64,000 nt of DNA from Camelus dromedarius (Eukaryota), in assembly GCF_036321535.1 (NCBI RefSeq), contig NC_087437.1, forward strand, positions 27,592,001 through 27,656,000. The letters run 5' to 3'. Under the pieces are notes generated by a model that saw only the letters and a list, made by a program, of their open reading frames with translations, did no database searches and was not told where the DNA came from. Positions 27,276-40,764 of this stretch are shown piece after piece. Position 1 is the first letter of the stretch. Every line of letters begins with the position of its first letter. The position numbers and the translations under genes are program-made.

Positions 27276-29941
27276 TTGCTGTTTTAGTATTAAGGTTTAG
27301 AAGGACACTTTGTGTCATATGAGTACAGTAGAAAAAGTCATTTAAGGAGTTACTGTCTTCTTCCAGAATGCTGGAAATTATTATTATTAAATTTGCCTTA
27401 TAAGAGAAATTAAAGAATCACTGATATGTGTCACTTAATGTGATACCTTACACCGAGTGAAACTTAATCAGTGCTCTTCTTCAGATGCATTCTAGTGTAG
27501 GTTTGTTCGTGTCTGGTAAGTAGGAATGTCATTGGAAGATAAAATGTGCCAATCAGGTACAAGATGAAGAATAAATGCTCTATTCTGCCCATATTTACCA
27601 TATAAGGAGGTAGAAAGTTTGGAAACTTTTTGGCAACAGGTCAGATAGGAGCTTGGCTTAAACCATTGGCCTGAAGCAGAGGATTTGCATCTCGTTTCTT
27701 GTTCACCTTGCTGTTTTCCGTGGGGTTTATTTCATCTAGCTCTTAACCACAGGATCGTGGTTGCCTCTGCTCTGTCCTCTCTGCCTGAGATGGTCACAGC
27801 TGTAAGAACTGCTCTTGGCCCTTGCATTTGTATTAATGAAAAACTTCCACCCGAGGAAGCAAGAGCAAACTGTATTTATCTCTGTCTTGCGGAGGAAGAA
27901 TCTGGGGCCAAAAGAGGTTGAGATTTGATTAACATCAGGTAGCTGGCTGGGACAGAAAAGGGGAGGACCAGTCTTCCGCCTCATCATTGGCTCTACACAG
28001 TGTCCCCTCCAGCATCCTTGGTTTGGTCCAAGCCTTGGGTTCTTAATAACCAACCCTAGTGCCTCAGCACATCACCTGGATGATGGAAATCTGGCCGTGC
28101 AGGGGGCCTCTAACGATCATTCAGTCTAATCCCCTCGTTTTACTGTGAGGGAGGGCCCTCAGCTCCTGTGGAAGTAAGAGGCTTGCCTGAGTCACACTGG
28201 TGGCTTTGAGATCATCAGCACCCAAGCCCCAGCCCTTCTGCTGTGATTCCTGGTCTTTCTGCTCTAAGTCAAACTCCTGTCCCGTGCCTGTGCACACAGC
28301 AGTGCCCTGGAGACGGGGGTGCTCCCGGGTGACTTTTACCTGGGTTTCACCTCCCTTCTGTCCTGCCCTCACCACCACTCCTCTTACTGGTCTCTGGGGG
28401 CATTTCATGGGTTTGCCTAGTTTTTTTCAGTTTAGAGGTATGCAAAGGACAAATCGCCATTCAGGTCTCTGCTGTCTTAAATTTCTGTGGCATTTTCTCA
28501 GAGTGCAAGGCTAAGGGTGAAATATTTTTTGTTCTTAAAGGAAGTGAAGCCCTAAGATAGGAAGGAAGGGAAGCAGGCAGACTTTGAAGAGGGCACAGAC
28601 ACCACTAACTAAATGAAAACATCCATTCTAATTCATTTTCCATCTCTCACCTGTCTGTATCCCTGGGTTAATAGGCCCTCTCAACATGCTGTCTCGAGCC
28701 CGGAAATTTTTGCCTCAGTCTCTTCATGAAATAGTTATGATTTTCTGACTAATTACGTTCCAGGCTACATCCTTAAGTATGGTTTTCAGCAATCTAACTG
28801 CTCCTCGAGCCCCTTCTCCTTAGCCCACATGTACCTGGGACACTTTTCAAATAGGTGTTGGGAACAGTCTTAGGATTTGCTGAAGGGCTAAGAGAGCACG
28901 TGTCCTTGGTCCCTAGCTCCAAGGAGGGAAACACTGTTAACCTTGAACTGGCAGAAATAATAATACAAATACTATAAAATAAGTAATAATATCTTGCTCT
29001 CCTCTGCCCCATATATATTTGGTAACATAGAACCAAAGTTTTTCTTGTTCATTTTGCTAGGAAATTGGAGTCTCGAATTAGAATTACAAAAGAAAGCTGT
29101 TGTTAAAAGTGTTGACACACCTAACATGAAAGCAGATCCACTTTGAATATATGATGTAAAATTCTGTAGCAGATAAACCTTAACCCAATAAATCGAAAAG
29201 TCACCCCGCCTTAGGCTCGCCTGTCCTTTAAAATCCCGATTATAACTTAGGAGGGTTCATGTCCGCATGCTTGCTTCCAGAGTCCCTCAGTGAAGGGAGC
29301 ACCTCCCCACCAGTCTGAATGTGAAGCGGACTGAGCTGTTCTAAGCTGCTCGTCAGGAGCTGGGCAGTTTGCCCAGTGCCTTTCCTGACATGTTTTAACA
29401 CGATCTCTTGAGGAATCAGAATGAGGATTGCCCTGTTCTTTGTGGTACAATGAAAAGATTGAAATTCTTTTATCAAAATGAGACAATTGGGAGAGAAAAA
29501 TCATCTTTTTTTCTTTTGATCTCTTTTTTTAAAAAATGTGAATGAAAGATTATGGAACAAATTTAAATTTGGGGTCTTGGGAAATAATTATAAGGGACTT
29601 TGGATTTGACTCAACGAATAAAGCAAATGTGATTTAAAAAGTCACCTAACAGAAGTGATTTCCAAAGCATCATTTCCACGTTTGAAGGCACAGTACACGG
29701 TTTACGTTATCCGCCTGCCTGTGCTGGAAACAGTGAAGTCCCAGGAAGGGCAGGTGGCCCCCGTTTGGGAAAGTGGCACCTCCTGAAGAGGACTTGTGGA
29801 TTTCATTCACTTAGCATTCTCATTCCTGCTTTTTATTCAGCCCTCAGATTTACACAGAGGTATAATTACAGCCTTAACCAGTGCTATGTCCTATCAACCA
29901 TGGCTTTTAAGAAATTAAAAAAAAAATACAACTTCATTTAC

Positions 29942-30130
29942 CTTTCATTGCGGTAGCTGGCTGTCCATTCACCTGATACGGATGTCTTCAAGTCGAAACA
30001 GGCTCCTCAGCTCTGATTAAGAATAAGCCTTGAAACATGAGGTCGGCAGGGATGTCGTTTTTTTGCTAAAGCATAAAAAAATAAGCATTTTTCCCCGTCC
30101 CTACCAGAGAAGGTGGGTGCTCCCCTGCCC
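29942..30130 (-). other. GPR87: GPR87 non-coding exon 1 (5' end/TSS uncertain)
   Basis: Reads ...GCTTATTCTTAATCAGAG...GGTGAATGGACAGCCAGCTACCGCAATGAAAG|gtaaat, with donor at 29941-29940. Matches the recalled human GPR87 leader and lies about 16.6 kb from exon 2. Confidence 0.8.
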
Positions 30131-30440
30131 GCCTTGGGATTGTCCTTTGGGGCACCCTTTCAAGCTCTCCTGCTCGGAACAACTGGAGCAACTTGCTCTC
30201 TCGCTAATAGAAATGAGTCACATCTAAGAGGAGGTGAGATTTGTAGACTGGGGAAGAGCACTTCCTGAACCTGCAGGAATCAGACGGTGATTCACCTGAA
30301 GGGAACACAGAGGGCTGGAACCCAGAATGCCAGAGAGTGTTTGAGGAGGAGGGGATGGGGTCTCAGGTTGGGCCCTGCTAAATCAGACCCAGCGTTTAGG
30401 TCTCTATTTATGAGGGGGTGGGGTGGGGTGGCACAGTGCT
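30131..30440 (-). promoter_or_regulatory. GPR87: Putative GPR87 proximal promoter
   Basis: Position upstream of exon 1; AP-1 site TGAGTCA at 30214-30220; G-rich tract at about 30414-30431. Motif-level evidence only. Confidence 0.4.
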
Positions 30441-31463
30441 CCCTGTTGCCAGTTAGAAAATACATATTTACAATCCTTCCTGCTAATTAAATTTTGGATT
30501 AAAAGGGACCAGAATATCTTTGATAAAATACAAATCTCTAATGGTATTTTTCTACATATTAAAGACTGAAATTAAAAATATGTTTATATTGGTGATTGAT
30601 AACCTGGGTAGCCTGTTGTCTTATTCAGGAACCTGATGAAATTTCTAGACCTATTTTCACATATACACAAATATAAATACTCAAAATATTTTAAATAAAG
30701 TTATTTAGGGGCCGAGTTTATCCCCCAAACTCTTGAATTCCACAAGACAACGTTTCTTCTTTTTTAAAAAAAATCTTCTCACAAGGATAAATATATAATC
30801 AAATCACTTTTTCCTATTCGTGATTAATTTTAGAGCTTCCAAAAATTTTCCAAAAGATTCCGAGATTTTCCTAACTGCAACATTCAAACAAATAAGTTAA
30901 GGAAAAAAACAAAAAAACTAACCAAATGGAATCAAAAGTTCTTACTATCCTGAATGAAGATAAAGATAAGTGAAAATAATAAAGGTGGAACATTTTTGAA
31001 GTTAGTAAACTAATAATAGGTATTTACTTAGTGTTTACTGATGCCTTATAGAAATAATGTGCATGTACTAGTTGGTTTTTTATTCTTCCGTGTTTCTGCA
31101 GGAAAACAAATTTATTTAATTTAAATATCAATAATTTTCAAAAGTTTATTTTTTCTATTGCCTTTTCCTAAACAAACAAGAACAGATAACTAAAATTTAA
31201 TGGTTTTCCATTCCATTCTATTTAGGGTGGATTAAGTATGTTGTAGATGAGTAGCTAGCCCTAGGGGAAGTCGCTGAACAGAAATTAGCCAGCTTAATAA
31301 TGGCTCAGTCTTATAAGAACTCGTCAGATTTAGAAAGTTTAGTTTAAGAGACTTGTTTTTCTTAGGTTGAACTGCTTGCCACTTGCCACTGTGATCCATA
31401 AATAATAAATATTGTACTGCTCAAAATGGGAGATCTAACTGCCAGAGTAACCAGCTGCCAAGT

Positions 31464-31524
31464 TTTTTTGTTTTGTTTTAATTTATTTACTTAATGGTCC
31501 TGGGGATTGAACCCAGGACCTCAT
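31464..31524 (-). mobile_element. 5'-truncated Vic-1-like SINE with TSD
   Basis: B box (ggggattgaacccagg) plus tail. Flanks ccagctgccaagt (31451-31463) and ccagccaccaagt (31525-31537). Confidence 0.75.
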
Positions 31525-34279
31525 CCAGCCACCAAGTCTTCAAAGCATCAATTCAGAAGAGCACATGCCATGTAGCCTCCTTAAAGGCAGGTTGGGCAAA
31601 GACCTTCTCTGCAAGATCTGAGGATCATCATCCCCGTTTCCAGAGCTGGGTATGAGATCATGTGAGGAAGCTTATGTGGACAAATATTTCACAAGCTTCT
31701 GTTGAGGGAATCCGGGCAGTTCTGTTACCTGCCTTAACTTTTAATACATTTATTACCTGGATTGACTTTGTCCCATTAGGGTTGAGTACCTTAATACTGT
31801 TTTTTATGATAAAGAAAATCCCTTTCCTTTGTTATGTAACTGCTGATAATGCTTCTTATATACTCTTCGATTTTCAATTTGAAGGGACATGTTTTGATAA
31901 TTCAGGATTGCACGCATTGGCTTTGTATATGTTGGTTTTATAGAACGATTTCTGCATGGAGTGGGGAGGGAGCTGGTGTCAGGGCATCAGGCTGCCCTCT
32001 TTTTCTCCTCCTGAGGGTGGGCTGGGCACAGACTAGCCCCTTCCTGTCTTTAGTCACATAACAGTCGGATTGTGTATTTAAAAGCTTCTTTCACCAGTGG
32101 TGCAAAGTAAGTCTAGTAATGAAAAAGTTAACGTGAGGCAGCCTTTATGCATTCGTCTTAAAGCACATTATGCCCATCTCAAGTTGGGACTTGTTAAAGC
32201 TGGTCTTACTTAACATTCAAAAAGGGAAGTAGTACAGGTTTAGTTAGAAAAAAAGTGTAAGGCTTTGATGAAAAGAGCAGCTAAGAACCAGTCCATGACT
32301 TTAACTTGTGTTCAAATCACCAAAAGGTTAACCTGTATAATTCTTTTTTTCTGCTGATTTTTATAGCAAGTCTCACATTTCATAAAAGCCACAGAAGACT
32401 TTATTACAATAATTATCTTGCTGCTTCGTTGGAAGATCCTATTAAATTCAGGGAGGCTCCTTTAATAATATTGTTTAGCTATTACAAACTCTGAATTTAT
32501 TTTGAATACAGGATGACGTCCTGGGATATGTGTTTGTGTTTTTATTATGAGTGATTTTTTTCTTCTACAGTGATAGGTTTTTAAAGATGTTAAACCTACA
32601 AACAAGCTGAAATTATACTTCAATTAGATTTCATCTTGATTTTCAAATTAACATTTTTCATGTCCTCCCCCACTCCCTCCCTGCCCCCCCCATACCCCCT
32701 TTGTTGGGGAGACCTGTTTGAGGTTGCAGCCATTGTGGCAGATCCCCCATGCCCACCCCCCAACTCCTTCAGCATGCATTTCCTAAGAACAAGGACATTC
32801 TTCTACCTAATCACAATACTGTTATCAATCAGGAGATCACTGTTGAAACAGTAATATTCTAAAATATTCAGTCTGTATTTGCTATTTCCCAGTAGTATTC
32901 TTTAGAGTTTTTTGGATGCAGAACTAATCAGTGGTCACACATGACATCTGGTTTACTCTTCTATTGTTTAGAATGGTCTTTCTACCCCCCCCCCTTTTTT
33001 TTTTTTATCTTTTAATCTCCTTGGCTTTTGAAAATTGGTTTGCTCTGTATTTGCTTGGTCCATCCTGTAGGACACCTATAAGGAAATGCTTTTCAATGTT
33101 TCTGAGGTAGTTTGGACACATTAGCCTGAAGTCTACACTGAGGTTTGGAAATTTGAAATCAATTAGGAATTTCTCTACTCTTGGATAGAGACCTGGTTCA
33201 TGGATCATAACTTTGGTAGATCCAAACTCACTTTTCATTGGGACATTGGACATCTCATTCAACTTTTCCTCACTTCAGTGTTCTGTAAAACAAGGATTCT
33301 GTTTTAATTACAGAATTTTAGATGGGACGCTCTATAATCTTTCAAGCTTATTCTTAAAGAGACAGAAGCACTCAAGGGGAGAATGTTTCTAACTCCTCTG
33401 AAGGAATGAAAATAGGTAATGGTATTGATAAAGCTGCCTAAATCCTGGAATAAACTCTTTACCCTATTCCTACTGTCCACCTTTTTAGTGTGAGACGTAG
33501 GCAGATGTATTACCAGCGCCCTGGTCTTCTAGTCACTTCTCCCTTGTGTCTGACTGCTTCTCCTTTCCTCCCTCTGTTGGCTTCTCTGCACTGGCATGGA
33601 TCTGGACTCAGCGTCTCCTCCTCCAGTGTTGGTGGACAGAGAATTTGTGTTGTAGTCTCAGTTTTCTCTGTAATCTCACTATAATCTCAGATGTATCCAT
33701 TTCTTCTTAAAGGAGAATGCACATCTAAAGGGCCTCCTAGTCCCTCCCAGTACACGGACTCACTATTACAAAACAAAGACGAGCAGGGATCTGGTGGAAA
33801 CATAGCTCAAGTTGCTCTGTCTGGAACGTCCACGTCTTTCGCATGTGGCCAGAGCATACAACAAGGGCTGCAGTAAAATCTTCACCAGATCCTCCTGCTC
33901 CGTCTCCATACACAAAAGCCACTCTAATTGTGGCTCACCATCCAGTAGCTGAGAATTTGTGTTGTGTGTAATTATTACAAACCCTTTCATGTTTCCTTGC
34001 TGAGATTGGTATCTTTAGGTCGCTCTGCTTGAATTACTGTGTTTAATTTGCCATTTGAAATGATTTGTATCTATTAGGTCTGCTTTAAAATAAAGCAGTT
34101 AACCCTTTTCTGGTATGAGAGCCTCACATGCAACAGTTGATTAAAGGGGAAGGGTGGCTTGGAGACTGAGTCTGGAGACACGCCTGCATAGACTCCTGCC
34201 GTCATATTAATACTCTCTTCTGTGCTCAGCTCCTTGAGCCATCTCCTCACTGTGGAAATCTTGTGAGAGGCGGCGTCGA

Positions 34280-34490
34280 GCCCAGTAACTGGGGTCATAC
34301 AGATTCCCATGTGGATTTCCGCCTTTCCACTTAGGAGCTTTCTTAGTTTGGTCAAGTCATTATGGTATCTGGGCTTCCATTTCTTCTTCTGAAGAATGAT
34401 TTCCTTGTAAGACTGTCAAGTTTAAATGAGGTAATGTACAGGATCATTCCTGCAGTGTTTGGAACTTGGTTGGTACTTAGTGAACGGTAG
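34280..34490 (+). mobile_element. MIR SINE
   Basis: Degenerate MIR core and tail (aaatgaggtaatgtaca...gtacttagtgaacggtagc). Confidence 0.55.
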
Positions 34491-35689
34491 CAGAGGGGAG
34501 TCAAAGGACAGAGAGATTGGTAAGTGAATGAATATGAATGGGGGTGTTCTTCTGAATGTGAAGTTGGAATGATTAAAAATTGAAAACACTCCTCAACTAG
34601 GAAGTCAAGGTAAGGTCATAGTATTCTGGTTGCCCTTAGAAAGCTCCTGGTTTTCCTTTAGTGATAAAGTGGTGATTGCTGGAAATACTTTATGTTCTTC
34701 CTTGACAGTTTTCTCTTCTGAAAAGGAGAACATTAGGACTGTCTTATTCCAGACTATCTGAAATTGTGGGACAGTGTGAAAACCCGAGTCCGGGGCATGT
34801 GGGACAAGAAGAGGGGTGGCCTCTGCAGGGTCACTGCATTGAAGTTAATGCTTTGTTCACAAGTTCAGGTGTTCTTAGTTGCAGGAAATTTCAGTTATGG
34901 AGTTAAATAGAATAAAAAGGATGAAAAGCATAGAGTAATATAGGTACATTTGGTATACATTTAATGCATAAAGCTAATATTTTGAAATTGTAAAAGTATG
35001 CAGCTATGCATTAAATGAAATTGCTTAAGGTGAATACCACTGAGTAAGCTCACACACAGGCATCTAATATTCAAGCTGACGAAGGTGGACCTTCTGTAAC
35101 TATGCCTTAGACGTTGTATTTGTCAACTTGAGTGTTAATGCAAAAGTGGCAAAAATTCACATGCTGAGTAAGGTGTTGAGGGTTTTTTTTTGTTTTGTTT
35201 TTTTGTTTTTAGTTTTTTAAAAATTGGTTTACCTACATTCTAAAGGTCTTCAATTCTGTTTCCTTTCTCTTTTGTATTGTTACTTTTTTCTTTCTCTTTG
35301 ATCACTCCTCCCGAGGTCCTCAGCTCGCATCTCTGCCGCTCAGTGTCCCTATCTCCCCTCCTCCCACCTTTCTCGCCCCTATAAGTACTTTATAGGAGAA
35401 GCGGTGGGGGGCTGGGCCTCAGGAACCTGGGTAACGTGGATGTCTGAAATGTTGGCACGCCCATTTTCCCACTGAAGCTGGTTTTCTTGGTGGTATGGTT
35501 GACCCCTGTTTGATGCACACACCCCTGCTGAGTTGACTGTTCCACGTGGAGTATCTTCCCTCTGCTCTGCACAGGAAGCGTAGGAAGGAACCCTTGGAAA
35601 AAGCCAATCATATAAGAGCTGTTCTTATTTCTTCCTCGAAACTCTCGTAAACTAATTTGTCCCTCATGGCGAGGTAGGGGGTAGCTGTC

Positions 35690-36800
35690 GTCCCTCACTT
35701 CCCATTACGAACTGGGGCTCTACCCCACCTCCACCTTAAAGTTACCACTGACCTCATAGTCGTAGATGCATCACATTTGACCTTCCCGAAGTGTATGATT
35801 CTGTTGACCGTCACTTCCTCCTTGGATCTCTCTTGTTCCTTCGTTTCTAAGGAACCTCTTGTTGCCCCTTTTAGTTCACCAATCCCTCCCCCCAATCCCA
35901 GGCATCTTTTCTGTGTCTGGTCTGTCCGTGAGGCTTGTGCAGCATAGCCGCTGAGGTGCTTGGCTCATTCCTTATTCTCTCCTGGTCTTAAGAAAGATGA
36001 GTCCCTCGGCTTCTGATCTAGCCCTGTCTTGAGAGCCCTGGATCCATATTTTACCCCTACTAGCTAGACTCCTAGAACCTGCTTTCTTACTGGTACATCA
36101 GATTTTACATGCCCATCGTGATCCAGCATGTCACCCAAGCTGATGTTCTTCAAAGCAGTGAATCTCAATCGGAGGGGGTGGGGAGGGGATTTTGCACCTG
36201 ATACATGTTTTACATATTAATTGCATACATTTTGCATGTAATCCCCTACTCTCCAATAGTCTTGGACTCAAAACCTCTGTCTCTCTCTCTGAGAATGTCT
36301 CTAAGGTCCTTCTCAGATTTTCCCCTCTTGGCTCTTGCCTGCAGAGATGGAAGACTTCTTTAATTCATCTCCTGGCCTCAGTGGCTCTGTTAATCCAGAA
36401 TCATCCTATTGTGGGCCAACTGATTTTCTTAAAGCACAGCCTAGAGATCTCAGAAGCCTTCAGGAGCTCACAGAGAGACCTAACACCCCACCAACCCTGC
36501 AGAGCTCTGGGAGCCTGCACTCCCTTCCCCGACTGATCCTCCAAGTCACAGGCTGCATCACTGGGCCCTCCCTCTGCGGCCCTTCCCGCTCTGGGCCTCA
36601 GTGCCCACCCCGACCCCAGCCTTCCTCGAAGCTGCTCACAGTGCTGCATGATTCCCTTTCGAGGCTCTGTTTTCTCCTTCAGGGTCTGGCTCACACTCCC
36701 ATCTCCTGTAGCCCTTCCTCAGTTTCTCCACTTGGCATCAGCTGCCTTTCCCTCTGAGCCCCTTCATTGAGTTAATGACATCTCTCATTCCATGTCCCAT
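35690..36800 (+). mobile_element. L2 LINE relic (fragmented)
   Basis: Pyrimidine-rich, L2-like text. Heavily diverged, so boundaries are approximate. Confidence 0.5.
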
Positions 36801-37609
36801 GTTTGGATCTGTGATGGCCTGCATGCAGCTTTGGGCGGGGGTGGGGGAGGGGACTGCACAGGCACACGCTGAAGGAGTGACTGACTGAATTGACCAGGCA
36901 ACCACTCTTTGGGATGTTAGTTGTCTACAAGCCGGAGGGACCCCAAAGGGCTCTCAGGGTCCATGGTTGAGACGTTCACGCCTCTGAGGTTGTGGAAACC
37001 CTTGTGCTGAGACCTCTCCCGCCCTCTTCGGGAGCCCCCGCCTTACCATTCTCCCAGCGGGGGCGTGATGTCACCCCTTGAGGGATTCCACTTGTCTCGC
37101 CCATCAGAGGGGCGGCAGAGCAGAGATGCTGGTGGTCTTGAGGGCGCCTGCCAGGGTGTCTGTCCCCACTCTGCCTCTGCTTTCTGGGGGCGTTGTGTGC
37201 ACCAGAGGCAAGGTATCTGTTCACGTTGTGGCTCAGTTTCTTTTATTTTTTTCTTATTTTTTGATTACTGTTTTCAACAGGGAGCCCTGTAGTGTCTTAT
37301 CTCCCAGGGTTGCTGTGAGAAATAGAAAGGTGATAATCTTTGCAAGGTGTGTACGTAGCACGGTGCATGGCACATAGTGAGCATTCAGTAAATGAGTGGA
37401 CGGTCCTGGGAGGTGCTTGCTAGCTTCTAGGTCAAGGATAATTAGCTGGCAGTGTGTGGGCTACCCTGGCCCACACATGAATGTATTGTTTTTGTGGGGT
37501 TAGGGAGTGTGGGGGTGGCTGCGGAAGTTTTGAAAATAACAGGAAGTATGGCAGAGGAGACTGGATTTAGATTTCCCTTGAGAACATTAGAAGATCCACA
37601 GTTGCAAAT

Positions 37610-37850
37610 ACAGTGGCTGAGCATATGAGCTCAGAAGCCAGAGTCTGAATTAGAGTCCTGGCCTCACTGTTTATAAGCTGTGTGACTCTATGCAAGTTGC
37701 TGACCTTCTCTGTTTCTCAATTTCTTTCTCTCTAAAATGGAAATCACAGCAGCCTTGATCAGCCCTCTGGGATTGTTAAATGGAATGGTATGCTTAAAGC
37801 TCTGGGCATACTTGCCAGGTACATAGTAAGTAGTAAGCAGTGTGCTCTGC
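37610..37850 (+). mobile_element. MIR SINE, near full length
   Basis: cagtggctgagcat...agctgtgtgactctatgcaagtt...aaaatggaaat...gccaggtacatagtaag. Confidence 0.75.
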
Positions 37851-38145
37851 CTTTGTTGCTGCTAATGCTGGTTTTACCACTGTTGTGACCACTAGCCGGC
37901 AACCCTGGGCCCAAACTCCCTCCTGTGCCACCAGTTGGCACCGAGTCATTGGTGCCCCCTTAGGTTGGACCTGAACTTTCCACGTAGCTGTAGTCCTCGC
38001 CGCTGCTGTCACCTTACATCCGGCCTGCCCTCTTAGTATCAGTTTAGTTTGTCTCCTGGTGACAGACCCTACTCTTGGGCATTCATGTCCAGGAGCGTTG
38101 TGAATTAGTCTTTCTGCAGGTAGGAACCTCAAGGAACTTTCAGCA

Positions 38146-38298
38146 CAGTGGTTCTTAACGTGTAGCCCAAATCCATAGCATTGGCATCTCCACACCCCAG
38201 ACCTTCTGAGCCAGGAACTCTGGGGGTGGGCCTCGCCATCTTTGTCTTAAGAATCCTTCCAGCTGGCTCTGGTACTCACTAAAGTTTGGGAGTTACTG
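38146..38298. mobile_element. MER5A-like hAT DNA transposon
   Basis: Termini cagtggttcttaa ... aagtttgggagttactg; internal aggaactctgggggtgggcc. Confidence 0.7.
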
Positions 38299-39829
38299 AT
38301 TTAACACGTGTGTCCTGTGTTTGTATTTCCTACATTTGGTTTCCATATAAAATTTAAAATGTTGAACTGTGTTTCTGAGCACTTGATTTGCAAATTCCGC
38401 ACTTTGCTCTGCAGGGCCTCGGTCTTGACAACATGCCTTCCCATGGCTGTTAGACACAGCTGGGGGTGGGCCCACCCCCTTTGGAGGTTTTGTTTTGTTA
38501 GGAGCCCTGTGAACTTTGGTCTACTGACTTGCTGGAGGAATACAGTTTACCCTGGGTGATCATACATTTTTAGAAACAAGACTTAAGAAAAGTTCTGAAA
38601 GGAGCTACTTTTAAATGGGTATGGGATAGATTAAGTAATTTATTGAATACTCCTTTTATATTCTGATGTGATTACGCATTATCAGCCATCTAACTTCTGT
38701 AAGTTGGGAATTCACACTTCCTCTCTGCCTCTTTCTTCCCCCTTTACAGTAATTTTTCTTGGTTTCTGAAGAATACTTCTGTCTGGGGCAATGCCAATAC
38801 CTTTCCCACTTCCCCTGCCCCAGGGATATTCAGAAGACCTTATCCAGTAAAAATAATTACACTTTAGCTTTTGATAAAAGCCCTTGTGCTCTGAGTTTAC
38901 AAACTTTACCAAAGCTACTATTTTTTTTTTCCTTTTTCCTCTCTTCTTTGTATCATTAATGGCTATGGTATAGCATCCCATTCTGTAAGTATTCCTGAAT
39001 TTAGTATTTGTGATTGCTGGTTTGGGAAGTTCTCAAATAGCTGCTTTTCATTTTGTAAATGTGATCTGAGGATGGCTGGACTATGCTTCTTCTCTAGTAC
39101 TCGGTAGATTATTTTATTCTACACATCAGGTACTCTGCTTTTGACTAAACATGTGTAATGGAACAGAATCTTTGTATTTATGGAGGGCAGGTTTGCTATT
39201 GAAATTTTATCCTGAAAGATCTTTCTAAAAATCATATTTGTTCTCTATATCCATTCAGCGTATACTGAAAATATTATTAGAGGTGAAATACATAGGTTAT
39301 ATCACCAAGCATAGCTCCAAGGGTGACTTAGATGCAGTTACTTATGATATACATTATTAGAGTCTGCTTGTGGCTGTACAGCGTACTCGGTAAAAGTAAT
39401 GTGGATTTTAGTAACATCTCTAGTAGTTATCATGACTTAATTCTTTCAGCAAATGAAACTCAGACATCAGAGTACTTTCTAAAAGAGTTTTGGTGATTGT
39501 AATATGCTATAGTTACAAATTTTATATAACCCAAACCAACAGCACATAGCTGAAGCATTTCATCAATAACTTTAAAACTGAAATGATGATAGACATTAGC
39601 CCCCAAGCTGTACATGTGCTGCTTGGTAATCCTGCTTCCTTCCCAGTCATTGGGCAGTGAATCCATGAACTACCCCCACTTCCCAGGTCCCTGTTATAGG
39701 AAACTAACTGAAAAGATCTTCAGCTTTCAAGAAATCCATTTTGCCTTTTAATGAGAAAAACGTCAGTGAGAATTGGCTTCCCCTTTGCCTCTCTGCTATG
39801 CAAAAATAAAACCAGTTAGGTATATTTTA

Positions 39830-40270
39830 CCACGTATTTATTGATGGCACAATAAGAGACAATCTCTGCCCTCAAAAGTACACATAGGTTATTAAGAGTG
39901 GAGACATGTGTGAGCCAATAATCACAAAGCAATGTGATAAGTACAGTAATTGAGGTGTGACAGTAATAACTGAGGCGTGACAACATACAGATCAGGGAAG
40001 GAGTGACTGGGTTTGTGGTGGTGGTGGGAGGTTACCTGGATGAGATCTCACGGACTAAGTGACAGCAACCTCAGTTTCCATGGATACGAGTTAGTGAGTC
40101 AGAGGGAATTTTACAAGTGCAGTGACACAGGGGGAAAAGGAGCATGGTGTGTTCTGACAGTTATAAACTTGCACAAGAGTGTAAAGTTCTAGGGATGGAA
40201 GAACAGTTAGGAGGAAAGGCCAGAAAGGTAGGCAAGTTCCAGGGCCCTTGAGGCCGTGGAGGAGACCTGG
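39830..40270 (-). mobile_element. L2 3' end relic
   Basis: gtatttattga...ctctgccctcaa... matches an antisense L2 terminus. Confidence 0.5.
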
Positions 40271-40621
40271 GCTTCACATTCTGAAGGTTGTGTTGGAGCT
40301 AGTGGCACACCTGCAGAGCATGACGTCTCCTTTGTACATTTTATCTAGAAGATACAAATCAGCTGTCCACAATTCCAGATAACCATACTTCAGTTTTTTT
40401 GAACCACAAAGGGATTCAGAAAAAGTAGGGAGGTAAGTAAATGCAAGTAGGTCGTCATCCTTTAAAAATTCCCCAGTATGGGTGTTAGTGATTGTGCGTC
40501 TTGTGTGTACCAAGAGTGGCATATTGATGACCTGTTCTGTTTAAAATATTTGTAATTCTGTGTCTATTGTGGGAGATACCAAGAAAACAGGACATATTTT
40601 CTGTCTTCAAAACATGTCTTT

Positions 40622-40764
40622 TATTTCTTATTTTTGGGGGGAAGGCAGTTAGGTTTGTTTGTTCCTTTATTTATTTATTTTTAAGGGAGGTGCTGGGGAT
40701 AGAACCCAGGATGTAGTGCATGCTAAGTGTGCACTTTACCTCTGAGCTCTAACCCTCCCTGCTG
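40622..40764 (-). mobile_element. tRNA-derived SINE (Vic-1-like) with 12-bp TSD
   Basis: Degenerate A and B boxes (ggggatagaacccagg; ctgagctctaaccc). TSD aaacatgtcttt at 40610-40621 and 40765-40776. Confidence 0.88.

Noticed and set aside
29255..30200. p53/p63 response element near GPR87 exon 1
   Set aside because: Only partial RRRCWWGYYY half-sites were seen (e.g. near 29265 and 29387); no convincing paired site without a PWM scan.
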